Below are positions 1 to 9,039 of a stretch of 64,000 bases of DNA, one piece after another. The translations under genes and the position numbers were made by a program. Where the stretch lies: NCBI GenBank assembly GCA_043813075.1, contig JBDRLL010000041.1, positions 15,409-79,408 of the forward strand, written 5' to 3'. Source of the stretch: Candidatus Altiarchaeota archaeon (GTDB lineage Archaea > Altiarchaeota > Altiarchaeia > IMC4 > SCGC-AAA252-I15). Position 1 is the stretch's first letter. Every line of letters begins with the position of its first letter. Under the pieces are notes generated by a model. The model made no database searches, was not told the DNA's origin, and saw only the letters and a program-made list of their open reading frames with translations.

Positions 1-801
1 TGTCATCAGATAGTGCTGTGATGTGGGATAGTATTCGCGCCTCACCAGCTGTAGCTGGCAGCAGTCGGTGACCTCCCAAGGGCTGGATGCTGAGCCATCC
101 CCGTTCATTGGAGTGCATGATAGCGTGGTTGTGGTCGTGGTGCTGGATGTCGTCGTTGACGAAGTTGATGTCGTCGTGGTCTGGCCGAAAAGGGTGGTCG
201 ATGTCGTGGTCATCGGAGTCTGCGTGGTCGTGGTCGGGTCAGGGAGGGTAGTAGTGGCCTGCGGGAGGATGGTCGTCGTTGTGGGGACGACAAGTGTCGT
301 AGTCGTCTGCACGACCACTGTAGTAGTGGTCTGGCCGGATAGGGTTGTGGTGGCGGCCTGCCCGGGGGACATGTATTCCCCGACTATCGGGCGTTCTCCT
401 GAGAACGTCTTGGATACTCCGCCGGCACCGTACTCGTATGATACTTCCACCGGCTTGGAATATGTGCCGGTGCCCCCTGTTATAGACCCGGAGACCTTCT
501 TTTTCTCCCCGAACTTTAGGAGTATAGGCTGTGGCAGTATGTTCTCCCCGTCGACCATCAACTCGGTTATCGTCACGTCTTCACCGGCATTGTTCCGGAC
601 AGACAACTGCACCTCCCCATCAGCAGTTATAGCCCAGTTTAGTATGCCTATCTCAGAACTAGTCCAGTAGGAGCGTGAACCCATTATGTCCTGAGCGGGG
701 GAGGCAAGAAAATCACTTATGATGGAGACCACTATCACGCCGGTTATGACCACAACCGCCAAGACAACCAGGTACTCGGTGGACAACTGGCCATAACCCA
801 T
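1..801 (-). CDS. Surface protein with class III (type IV pilin-like) signal peptide, Thr-rich linker and start of a further extracellular domain; 3' end runs off the window
   Basis: Own translation of the minus strand from ATG 801-799: MGYGQLSTEYLVVLAVVVITGVIVVSIISDF. This has a G|Q cleavage-type motif, E at +5 and a hydrophobic helix. It is followed by a ~110-aa globular part, a TTTT/PTTT linker (nt ~60-330), and ...GDGSASSPWEVTDCCQLQL at the edge. The frame is open to nt 1. It is absent from the ORF track because there is no stop in the window. The V-rich + ORF 68..670 is its antisense shadow. Confidence 0.6.
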   Translation of the reverse strand, partial: MGYGQLSTEYLVVLAVVVITGVIVVSIISDFLASPAQDIMGSRSYWTSSEIGILNWAITADGEVQLSVRNNAGEDVTITELMVDGENILPQPILLKFGEKKKVSGSITGGTGTYSKPVEVSYEYGAGGVSKTFSGERPIVGEYMSPGQAATTTLSGQTTTTVVVQTTTTLVVPTTTTILPQATTTLPDPTTTTQTPMTTTSTTLFGQTTTTSTSSTTTSSTTTTTTLSCTPMNGDGSASSPWEVTDCCQLQLVRREYYPTSQHYLMT

Positions 802-838
802 AGAGTATTATGGGGCAGATGATTTTAAAAAAAACAGT

Positions 839-1789
839 CTAGACCGCGAAGAATGTCAGCCGGATGTACATGAATAGGATGTAGAATATCATCAGTACTG
901 TGGACTCCTTCCGGTTCAAGTCAAGATGATTGTATAGGAGGAGTAGTGCTACGAGCGTTGCAGCAAGCCAGAAGACGAAGTCGAACTTAAGCACAGTCTG
1001 GGAGACGTTGAATCCCGCTATCACAGCCCCGATGCCGAACGAGAACAGGGGGTCTGTTATGTTGCTGCCGATCAGGTTACCAAGGGAAAGCTCGCCAGAC
1101 TTTTTTAGTACGGCGCGTATGGACACTGACAACTCCGGCATGCTGGTGCCCAACCCCACGAACAATCCGATGATGGACTCCGTGATACCCCACTTCGTCG
1201 CCAGGGACACCCCGTTACCCACGATAACGTCGGCGCAGTATATTACTATTATAAGGCCGACGAATACTTTTATGGTGTCGAGGGTGATGTTATACTCCCG
1301 CCTGTGCATCTTGTCTTCGGCGTCGGACGACTTCTTCTCCTGAGTGAATATGTAGACAAGGTATGCTATGTAGGTTGCCACTAGTATCAGACCCTCCCCG
1401 CGGGTCACGTGTCCGTCTATCGCGGTAGCGTACATCAGGAGGAGGGCTATGACTAGCATGAATCCGTCGCGTCGCAAAGCTTTCATGGGCATAGTCAGGG
1501 TCGCTATGAAACCGGTTATCCCGAGGAGGAGTGTTATCTGCGCGAGCTCGCTGCCGATTATGTTGCCGACAGCTATGCCGGACGCGTCAACACCGGCACG
1601 CGTGCTCAATCCGGACATGATGTTTGTGAATATCTCTGGGAGTGACGTGCCTATCGAGGTTATAGTCAATCCTATTGTGAGCTCGGAGACCCTCAGCTTG
1701 CGGGCTATCTCCCGTGCAGCCTCAACAGCCAGGTCGCTGCCGAGGGACAATCCGACTAGGCCCAACAGTATGAGTATTAGCTCGCTCAT
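839..1789 (-). CDS. Na+/Ca2+ exchanger family (CaCA/YrbG-like) membrane transporter
   Basis: 316-aa polytopic protein with two alpha-repeat-like regions (GSDLAVEAAREIA...GLTITSIGTSLPE and GLGTSMPELSVS...GNLIGSNITD), typical of the sodium/calcium exchanger family. Confidence 0.85.
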   Translation of the reverse strand: MSELILILLGLVGLSLGSDLAVEAAREIARKLRVSELTIGLTITSIGTSLPEIFTNIMSGLSTRAGVDASGIAVGNIIGSELAQITLLLGITGFIATLTMPMKALRRDGFMLVIALLLMYATAIDGHVTRGEGLILVATYIAYLVYIFTQEKKSSDAEDKMHRREYNITLDTIKVFVGLIIVIYCADVIVGNGVSLATKWGITESIIGLFVGLGTSMPELSVSIRAVLKKSGELSLGNLIGSNITDPLFSFGIGAVIAGFNVSQTVLKFDFVFWLAATLVALLLLYNHLDLNRKESTVLMIFYILFMYIRLTFFAV

Positions 1790-1825
1790 AGGATAGAGTA
1801 TTAGTTTTTACTTTAATATCATCTT

Positions 1826-2566
1826 TCACTCCACGACAGGCGAGGCATCCTGGTCGAATGGATTGGTCCTCATTGCGAGGGAGAATAGGTAGGGGTATTC
1901 CAGCTTCAGGTGGCGCATGTAGTCCAGCCACTCGTAGACTATGCGTTCATACGCGCGTTTAACGTCTCCCTGAAGGTGTTTCAAGTCGCTTTCAGGCAGT
2001 TTAGTGGAGTCTCTCCTGTTCTCAAGCTCTTCAGTCAGGTGGAATACCGCCTGCAGCATTTCCGTGAAAGAGTCATGCTCCAGCAGCGTCGGATTCTGCA
2101 GCATCCTCAACAGGAACCCTCTCTTGCCGACCAGGAACGAGCGCATGCCTGGAAGGTCTGCCACAGAAAGGTCAATGTCGTACTGATATTCCCCAAGACT
2201 GGACGAGACAGTTGCGAAATCATTATCACTCCAGTCGCCTTTCACAATCAGCTTGCCGCGAATCTCGTCTAGGCCAGGATCGTAGTCTGAGAATAGTGTG
2301 AGCAGATGAGTGCCCACTTCACTGAAGAACGCGCCTATCACCATGTTCAGCTTCTGAAGCCGGGAACGCTTCTCCTTCAGATTCAACAGCTCATGGATTA
2401 TCAGGGTTACGAAAAGCACTTCCAGCGGGAGGAAGGCTATGTCGCCGAGCATATAGATGAATATGTGGTGGGAGTCCTTGAATATCAGATAGTGCATGTA
2501 ATATAGGGCTGCTGTTGAGAATATCAAGACCAATCCTAGTCTAGCCTGCCAGGCCTGTTTTTTCAT
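1826..2566 (-). CDS. Hypothetical membrane protein (2 N-terminal TM helices plus ~170-aa cytoplasmic domain)
   Basis: 246-aa ORF starting 4 nt after the HDAC stop, same strand, so probably co-transcribed. I recognise no family. Confidence 0.55.
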   Translation of the reverse strand: MKKQAWQARLGLVLIFSTAALYYMHYLIFKDSHHIFIYMLGDIAFLPLEVLFVTLIIHELLNLKEKRSRLQKLNMVIGAFFSEVGTHLLTLFSDYDPGLDEIRGKLIVKGDWSDNDFATVSSSLGEYQYDIDLSVADLPGMRSFLVGKRGFLLRMLQNPTLLEHDSFTEMLQAVFHLTEELENRRDSTKLPESDLKHLQGDVKRAYERIVYEWLDYMRHLKLEYPYLFSLAMRTNPFDQDASPVVE

Positions 2567-2569
2567 AAT

Positions 2570-3712
2570 CTAAATCCTGCATTTTTTGTCAGGCCCTGCG
2601 GCCTCAGACTCGCCGTAGTCCGGCGCTTCAGCCCATATCCTCGACGCCTTGAGGTTGTCCTCCAGCTCCTCAAGCAGGTCCACAGTGGACTTCATCACTT
2701 CACCCTCCACATCCTCCCCATACTCGAAGCCTGCCAGGGTTGAGGCTATGACATGGTTTGTGACTGGAAGGGTCTGCAGGTTGTAGCCTCCCTCAAGCTC
2801 TAGGACCAGCTTGTCGTTGCACACATCTGAAGCCAGTTCCATCATGGCTCGCGTCATCGCCGCGAAGCCCGCGTCGGTGACATTCAACTGTGAAATCCGG
2901 TCTGACTGGTGAGAGTCCTGCCCAGCAGACACCACAACCAGGTCTGGCTTGAATTTCTTGGCGCGGGGTATGACGAACTCCTCCAGGAAGTACATGTAGT
3001 CCGCGTCGCCGGTGCCTGCCTGCACAGGGAAGTTGATTGTGTACCCCCTACCGGCGCCCTCGCCAATCTGGTGGACGAACCCGACTCCAGGATAGAATGA
3101 ATGAGGGTCCTGGTGTATCGACATGTTGAGTACGGACGGGTCGCTGTAGAAAGTGCCCATAGTACCGTTGGGTGCGTGAGCGTCCCAGTCGAAGAGGAAG
3201 ACTTTCTTGACGCCATACTTCTCCTGCATGTATTTGATCATTATGGACACGTTGTCGAAGTAGCAGAAGCCTGTGGCCTGATTGACTGAAGCATGATGTC
3301 CGGGTGGCCGGACCAGCGCGAAAGAGTTCTTAAGCTCCCCGTTCCACACCATCTCGCCGGAGGTAATGACTCCTCCCGCTGCTAGTAGTGCAGTGTCATA
3401 GGTTTCCTTGCAGACGTAGGTGTCAGAGTCTATTATGGAGAAGAGTCCGGGGCCGCCTTCACTCAGGCAGCGTATGTAGTTCACGTGCTCGATGGAGTGC
3501 ACGCGCGTTATGTCTTCGACGAGCGCAGGGTCTGGCCGTATCAGTCTAGCAGTATCGAGGATCTTGGTCTTCATGCCGTTGAATGGGTCCAGTATCTCCT
3601 TCCTCCGGAAGTAGTCCATGGTGCACAACAACCTCTCCGGGCACTCTGGATGCTGCTGTATCTGCCTGTGCTTCAGGTAGTCTTCATGGTATATTATGCC
3701 TGTCTCCATCAT
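2570..3712 (-). CDS. Histone deacetylase-family Zn-dependent deacetylase (AcuC / acetylpolyamine amidohydrolase-like)
   Basis: Motifs RPPGHHA, FDWDAHAPNGT (the D-x-D-x-H Zn-ligand pattern is retained) and EGGYN (catalytic Tyr). The start overlaps the stop of the upstream Pat-like gene (ATGA at 3709-3712). Confidence 0.9.
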   Translation of the reverse strand: MMETGIIYHEDYLKHRQIQQHPECPERLLCTMDYFRRKEILDPFNGMKTKILDTARLIRPDPALVEDITRVHSIEHVNYIRCLSEGGPGLFSIIDSDTYVCKETYDTALLAAGGVITSGEMVWNGELKNSFALVRPPGHHASVNQATGFCYFDNVSIMIKYMQEKYGVKKVFLFDWDAHAPNGTMGTFYSDPSVLNMSIHQDPHSFYPGVGFVHQIGEGAGRGYTINFPVQAGTGDADYMYFLEEFVIPRAKKFKPDLVVVSAGQDSHQSDRISQLNVTDAGFAAMTRAMMELASDVCNDKLVLELEGGYNLQTLPVTNHVIASTLAGFEYGEDVEGEVMKSTVDLLEELEDNLKASRIWAEAPDYGESEAAGPDKKCRI

Positions 3713-6381
3713 CCATCCTTCTTTAAGTACATCGTCAGGCTGTCTATGTCAGCATCCCTCGTGGACTCTATCGTGAACCCTAGACTCTGCGCAAGATGCT
3801 TCATGGGCAGATTGTCTTTTATCACCGTCGCATATATTTTATCCAGGTTCTTCGCCCTCCCAACCTCGATAACCTTTTTCACAAGCTTGGAGCCTAAACC
3901 TTTCTTCTGCCAGCTGTCTGTGACGACAACCGCGAACTCGGCACTATATTCACCGGGATCGAACATGAGCCTGCTGATGCCAACCAACCTGCCTTCGTGC
4001 TCCGCGACAATCGCTATCTCGCGGTCATAGTCGTTGTGGCAGTATCTGACCAGCATCTCATGAGTTATGTCACGTATGACATGGAAGAAACGGTAGTGCA
4101 TTGTAGTCTCAGAGAATGATTGGAACAATTCCTTGAGCTTGGGCTCATCCTCAGGGCGTATCGGACGCAGCATCACATTCTCACCACCCTTGACCTCATA
4201 TATCTCCATGTATTCGGCGGGATAAGGCATTATGCACAAGTGCTCGTAGCCCTTCTTCTGCTTCTTCTCGTCTATGACTATCCTAGCGTCTAACGCTATG
4301 ACCTTATCTTTACATGCCAGCAACGGGTTTATGTCGATTTCAAGTATGTCCGGATGATCGACTATCAGCTGCGAGAAACGGATTATGGTCTTCTCTAACT
4401 CCGTGAGGTCTGCTGGCGGACGATCCCGCGAACCCTTCATGAGCAGTTCATAGCTCCTAGTCTCCTCCATCATCCTGCGGGCTAGAGTCTGGTTCAACGG
4501 CGGCAGGCCGATGCCCTTGTCCCTCAAGACTTCAACCAGCGTGCCGCCAGAACCGAATGCTATGACCTGGCCAAAGACCTCATCCCTCTTGGAGCCCAAC
4601 AGCAGTTCGAATCCGCGGTCCATTATCATCTTCATCACAGCCACCCCGCGTATCCTCGCGTCATGCTTGTACTTCCTGGCGTTCTCCATTATCCTGTCGA
4701 AAGCCTTCTCGACCTCATCATCCGCATATATGCCGAGCATCACGCCTCCAGCATCGGTCTTATGGGTTATGTCAGGGGATTCTATCTTCAACACTACAGG
4801 ATACCCTATCTCGTTCGCAGCCTTGACGGCCGCCTCCTTTGTCTCCGCGAGGAATGCGCGATTCGTGTTTATGCCGTATTCGATGAGGAAGTCCTTGGAC
4901 TCTCTCTCAGATAGCACGTAGCAGCCTTCGTCAGCATTCTTCGTTATTAGGTCAGCTAGCATGCGGTTGTTTGGGACTACTCCTGTGATCAGTTCTTCAG
5001 GGGTTTCGTGCAGGAGCTTGAGGTTGTTCCCGTACTCGTAGCCGAGTATCAACGGTGTGACCGCCTTCTCTGGAGTCGGGTAGACTGAGATGTTCTTATC
5101 CCTCAGGTATTTCCTGGCGTCCTCCACAGTATCACCTCCCATCCAGCATGCTGTTATGGGCTTGTCAGAGTCCTTCCAGACTTCCGCCACCGACCGGGCT
5201 ATCTTATCGGGGTCTGTGCCGGCCTGGGGAGTGTATATGACGACTATGCCGTCTATATCCTTGTTTTTAACGCACTCTTCGAGAGCGCTCTTGTAGCGGT
5301 CAGGGCCTGCGTCACCCAAAACGTCTATTGGATTGCTCCTGCTCCATGCTGGAGGTAATTTCTTGTCAAGCCTGCTTATCGTATCGCCTGAAAGCCCGGC
5401 TAGCCTGCCGTTCAACTCGATTATCTTGTCGGTGGCCATAACCCCAGGCCCGCCGGCATTAGTGATTATGGCCATCATAGGGCCGTTGGGCAGACGGCCT
5501 CTCGCAAGCTTGTCTGATATGTCGAACAACTCGTCTATCTCGTTGACTCGGACCACGCCCGCCCTCTTGAATGCGGCAGTGTACACGTCGTCCGAGCCGG
5601 CTATAGCGCCCGTATGCGATACCACCGCCTTCCGGCCTTCCTCGAACCTGCCGGACTTAACGATCACTATTGGCTTCTGCCTTGCGAATCCGCCTGCAGC
5701 GCTCATGAACTTCTTCGCGTTCCTGACGGACTCCATGTAGATGACTATGCTCCTGGTCTTCGGGTCCCTGCCAAAGTAGTCTATGAGGTCTCCGTAATCC
5801 ACATCCAGCATTGATCCGATGGAGACGAAGTAGCTGAATCCTATGCCCCTCTTGTTCGCCCAGTCTATGATGGACGAGCAGAGCGCACCGCTCTGGCTTA
5901 TGAAGGCTATGCTGCCCTCCAGGGGCATGCTTATGGCAAAGCTTGCGTTGAGCCTTAACCGGGGGTTTATCACGCCAAGGCAGTTGGGGCCCACGATACG
6001 TATCTCGTATTTGGTGGCTATCCGCTTGACTTCCTCCTCCAGCTTCCTTCCGTCCTCACCAGCCTCCTTGAATCCGGCGGAGATTATCACAGCGCTCCTG
6101 ACGCCAGACTCCCCGCATTCCTCAAGTATTGTAGGTACCGTCTTAGCTGGGGTGGCTATGACCGCCAAGTCGACCTTCGTGGGTATGTCCTTAACGCTCT
6201 TGTACGCGTGGACTCCCTGTATGCTCCCATGCTTTATGTTGACGGGGTACACTGTGCCCTTGAACCCGTGGCCCAGCATATTCGCCATCAGGGAGTAGCC
6301 TACACTTCCTTCCTCGTTGCTTGCGCCGATGACAGCTATCGTCTCCGGAGAGAACACCTCCTCCAATCCTTTTGTAGGCAA
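3709..6381 (-). CDS. Pat/YfiQ-type protein acetyltransferase: NDP-forming acyl-CoA synthetase-like body fused to a C-terminal GNAT domain
   Basis: 890 aa. It has an N-terminal CoA-binding domain (IAVIGASNEEGSVGY), a succinyl-CoA-ligase-like flavodoxin domain with SHTGAIAGSDD, an ATP-grasp part (GYPVVLKIESPDITHKTDAGGV), and a C-terminal GNAT with WQKKGLGSKL. Confidence 0.9.
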   Translation of the reverse strand: MPTKGLEEVFSPETIAVIGASNEEGSVGYSLMANMLGHGFKGTVYPVNIKHGSIQGVHAYKSVKDIPTKVDLAVIATPAKTVPTILEECGESGVRSAVIISAGFKEAGEDGRKLEEEVKRIATKYEIRIVGPNCLGVINPRLRLNASFAISMPLEGSIAFISQSGALCSSIIDWANKRGIGFSYFVSIGSMLDVDYGDLIDYFGRDPKTRSIVIYMESVRNAKKFMSAAGGFARQKPIVIVKSGRFEEGRKAVVSHTGAIAGSDDVYTAAFKRAGVVRVNEIDELFDISDKLARGRLPNGPMMAIITNAGGPGVMATDKIIELNGRLAGLSGDTISRLDKKLPPAWSRSNPIDVLGDAGPDRYKSALEECVKNKDIDGIVVIYTPQAGTDPDKIARSVAEVWKDSDKPITACWMGGDTVEDARKYLRDKNISVYPTPEKAVTPLILGYEYGNNLKLLHETPEELITGVVPNNRMLADLITKNADEGCYVLSERESKDFLIEYGINTNRAFLAETKEAAVKAANEIGYPVVLKIESPDITHKTDAGGVMLGIYADDEVEKAFDRIMENARKYKHDARIRGVAVMKMIMDRGFELLLGSKRDEVFGQVIAFGSGGTLVEVLRDKGIGLPPLNQTLARRMMEETRSYELLMKGSRDRPPADLTELEKTIIRFSQLIVDHPDILEIDINPLLACKDKVIALDARIVIDEKKQKKGYEHLCIMPYPAEYMEIYEVKGGENVMLRPIRPEDEPKLKELFQSFSETTMHYRFFHVIRDITHEMLVRYCHNDYDREIAIVAEHEGRLVGISRLMFDPGEYSAEFAVVVTDSWQKKGLGSKLVKKVIEVGRAKNLDKIYATVIKDNLPMKHLAQSLGFTIESTRDADIDSLTMYLKKDG

Positions 6382-6432
6382 ATCAATGCACCCCTTTTTT
6401 GTGATTTAGTTATGAGCAGGCAGATAAAAATG

Positions 6433-8109
6433 CTATGATGCGTTCAAAGCCCTCTTTACAGTGACGTTTAACGTGTTTATCATTGAACCGTCCACCAGAT
6501 AGGACTCCTTCGTGATGGGGCTTAGTACGCCGTCCTTAACCAGGACTACGAGCGTGTGCTCCCCGTCAGGAAGGTTTCTTATGTTGTAGAATCCTTTCGG
6601 ACCGGTAGTGTAGTATTCTGCCGAAGTGGACACACCAACCCTCGCGTATTCTATCGGCTTACCGTCCTCGTCCAGTATGAAGCCGGACAAGTCGGATCCT
6701 TCCTCGAAATCATGGTGGCCGTAGGGCAGGGTCTTGTAACGTATTTTAGCGGAATCGATGAGTAGATTATCCGCCATGACAGTCAGGTCCTCCACATAAT
6801 ACGGGCCGTCGAATCCCATGCTGTTTATCGCGGTTCCGCTGAAGGACAGGTTAACTGACTGTGTGTTCTTTTCCAGGAATACTGTCGTCTTGTTAGAGCA
6901 TATCCTCCTGCTTTCATTGGAGACGAGCCAGCCGGAGAACGTGTAGTTAGCGTCCTCGCGGGTGCTTAACCCTATCATGAACACGATGCTGTCTAGAATA
7001 CCATCACCATCAACGTCAGTAGTGTAGTCGTAGTCGTAGCTGGTGAACTCTATCATAGGCCTCCTGAACTGCTTGTAGTTACGGTAGGGCATCTTAAGGG
7101 ACTTGAATTCGACGTGCTGGCCGTCTTCCACACGCCTTAATTCAATGTTGAGTATCATCTCCCCGTTGACTCTTGCCTTGTATATCTGGGAGCCTTCGAA
7201 CACCAGGCGTTCCGTGTTCCCGCCTTCAATAAGGTACTTGTCGACCTGGTAGGAGACGAAACTGTCTTTTAAGACGCCCGTCTCAGGGTCGACATAATCC
7301 AGGTAGCCGCTCAACAAGTATCTCCCGGGATTCCACACCTCCATCTCCAAGTCAGCGTACATGTAGTCGTACAGGCCGTCACTGTCCTGGTCCCTCATGA
7401 ACTCCCACACGTCAGATATCCTTGCTGGAGGCCTTTCAAATTCATCATGAGCGTATGATCCTATGGGAAGGTATGATGTCTCCGTATAGTAGCCTGTCTC
7501 GCCTTTACCGCATAGGGTCAGGTTCACGTCGTATTCCCCGTCATAGCCTGCCATGGATATGTCTTCACCACTGAAGTTAAGGGACACAACAGCCATGCCC
7601 GCAGTAAGGTTAAGGGGTAGGGAGTATAGTTCGCCTGAATCAGGCAGGCTCCTCACCCCATAGTCTGACACCAACTGTTTTTCACCGCCGGTCAAGAGGC
7701 CGGAAAGCATGTAGCTGCCGTCTTCATCAGCCTCCACCTCGACATTGACGATAAGACTATCATATACTCCGTCACCATCAGCGTCTTCAGGTATTGAGGA
7801 GGCCACTTGGATTATCCTCGGGGGGTGTAGGCCCGTATTGTCCTGCATTAGGGGGTTGCATCTTGGCCGGACTATCGGATTGGAGTCTGAGAATATCTCC
7901 GACTCGATGATGCTAGTGGCGTTAGTAGCGCCCTTTCCCTTGGGGATTGTCGCCATCGTAGGCACTGTGAAAAGCAAGCCCTTTATCGTAGATGACGTTG
8001 ATGTTGTCACGGTTACGGTTGCTACAGGTGGTTCCGGTGGTCCCGAGCAACCTGAAGCAAGGACGAGCAATAGTATGACCGTAAGCCAACGCATATTAAT
8101 GATTAGCAT
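6433..8109 (-). CDS. Secreted lipoprotein-like protein with three tandem ~125-aa modules and a C-terminal CarboxypepD_reg-like domain
   Basis: Signal peptide plus lipobox-like LASGC (the real start is possibly Met6, nt 8094). The repeats are DADGDGVYDS...SYMLSGLL, DQDSDGLYDY...RYLLSGYL and DVDGDGILDS...NYTFSGWL. The C-terminus reads GFILDEDGKPIEYARVGVS...GFYNIRNLPDGEHTLVV. Confidence 0.7.
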   Translation of the reverse strand: MLIINMRWLTVILLLVLASGCSGPPEPPVATVTVTTSTSSTIKGLLFTVPTMATIPKGKGATNATSIIESEIFSDSNPIVRPRCNPLMQDNTGLHPPRIIQVASSIPEDADGDGVYDSLIVNVEVEADEDGSYMLSGLLTGGEKQLVSDYGVRSLPDSGELYSLPLNLTAGMAVVSLNFSGEDISMAGYDGEYDVNLTLCGKGETGYYTETSYLPIGSYAHDEFERPPARISDVWEFMRDQDSDGLYDYMYADLEMEVWNPGRYLLSGYLDYVDPETGVLKDSFVSYQVDKYLIEGGNTERLVFEGSQIYKARVNGEMILNIELRRVEDGQHVEFKSLKMPYRNYKQFRRPMIEFTSYDYDYTTDVDGDGILDSIVFMIGLSTREDANYTFSGWLVSNESRRICSNKTTVFLEKNTQSVNLSFSGTAINSMGFDGPYYVEDLTVMADNLLIDSAKIRYKTLPYGHHDFEEGSDLSGFILDEDGKPIEYARVGVSTSAEYYTTGPKGFYNIRNLPDGEHTLVVLVKDGVLSPITKESYLVDGSMINTLNVTVKRALNAS

Positions 8110-8123
8110 GCAATAAGAAAAGC

Positions 8124-9038
8124 CTATCTCCCCCGCAGATCGTATACGGCGAGGAAACCGCAGTTCAGGCTCTCCTTATCAGGGTAAGAGTAGGGTAGGC
8201 CGCATATTATGCTGGCGCCCGCGTCCCTGTGGAATCCCAGGCCCCAGTCACGTCGTTCTCCATCCATGACCTGCGCAACGTATTTGTTCACGGTTGCGGG
8301 GGTTACTTTGCCGCTATCATTGAATTCTCTTGCCGCCCCCGCGTCAAGGCGTATTTCAGGCAGCCTGCCGTACACGAAAACATAGTTAGAGCCCACCTTA
8401 CTGCGATAGTAGTCGAGGACACCGCCTAGTATCTGCTGTGAGAGACCCAGGCCCTGGAGCCTGTCGTCGACTTCAGCCAGCAGCAGGAATCCTGCACCTG
8501 CACCATGCCTTAACTCCCCTTCCCGCATGTTTTCCAGTTCAGTGAAGTTGACGTAGGGGTTGGGGGAGTTCGGGTGGGTGACTGCGGAGGTAAGCTCGTC
8601 CATCGTGAACCTTCCTCTCGCAGCCAAAAGCTTCTCGAAGTATTCGTCAGGATAGGCCATAGTCTGCTTTGACAGGTTGCATCCGATTACACTACCTTTA
8701 CTTAGTGTGAATGAGGCGCCTTCACGGGATTCTACCTTAACGTCATCGCCAGTGTAGCGGAGTACTGAAGGCCTGACAGGGATCGTGCTCATCCAGCCCA
8801 CAAGCTTGGCTATCTCAGCGTCCTGGAACGAGCGGTCGCCTATTGACGGGTTCTGCCTGTGCCGGAATACCACATATTCGCGGAGTCTTTCATCAAGGTT
8901 TGACTGCCCAGGCTCTATCACCTCCAGCCGTGACTGCTCTGTGATGAACTGCATCGCCTCCCGGCGTTTCGCACCCAAATCCAGTACGCTGGGCGGCTGC
9001 GGGTTCCTTCGCTTCCCCCCATGCTCTTCGATATTCAT
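8124..9038 (-). CDS. GNAT-like acetyltransferase-fold protein (specificity unknown)
   Basis: 304 aa. The C-terminal half has a GNAT motif A-like stretch, FLLLAEVDDRLQGLGLSQQILGGVL. It starts 2 nt after the phosphatase gene ends. Confidence 0.45.
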   Translation of the reverse strand: MNIEEHGGKRRNPQPPSVLDLGAKRREAMQFITEQSRLEVIEPGQSNLDERLREYVVFRHRQNPSIGDRSFQDAEIAKLVGWMSTIPVRPSVLRYTGDDVKVESREGASFTLSKGSVIGCNLSKQTMAYPDEYFEKLLAARGRFTMDELTSAVTHPNSPNPYVNFTELENMREGELRHGAGAGFLLLAEVDDRLQGLGLSQQILGGVLDYYRSKVGSNYVFVYGRLPEIRLDAGAAREFNDSGKVTPATVNKYVAQVMDGERRDWGLGFHRDAGASIICGLPYSYPDKESLNCGFLAVYDLRGR

Positions 9039-9039
9039 A

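Noticed and set aside
68-670. 200-aa + strand ORF with long poly-Val runs (VVVVVLDVVVDEVDVVVV...)
   Set aside because: It is the antisense reading of the ACC/ACG-rich Thr linker of the minus-strand pilin-signal protein (1..801). It has low complexity, no start context, and the opposite strand gives a coherent protein.
803-812. Recurrent AATACT(C)TAT-like element a few nt upstream of minus-strand start codons. It occurs at 803-812, 1793-1803 and 21116-21125, with variants before secF at ~52003-52011 and proS at ~36075-36083.
   Set aside because: It is short and AT-rich, and it sits inside regions that must be AT-rich anyway (promoter-proximal/initiator zone of leaderless genes). Without statistics over the whole genome I cannot separate it from compositional bias.
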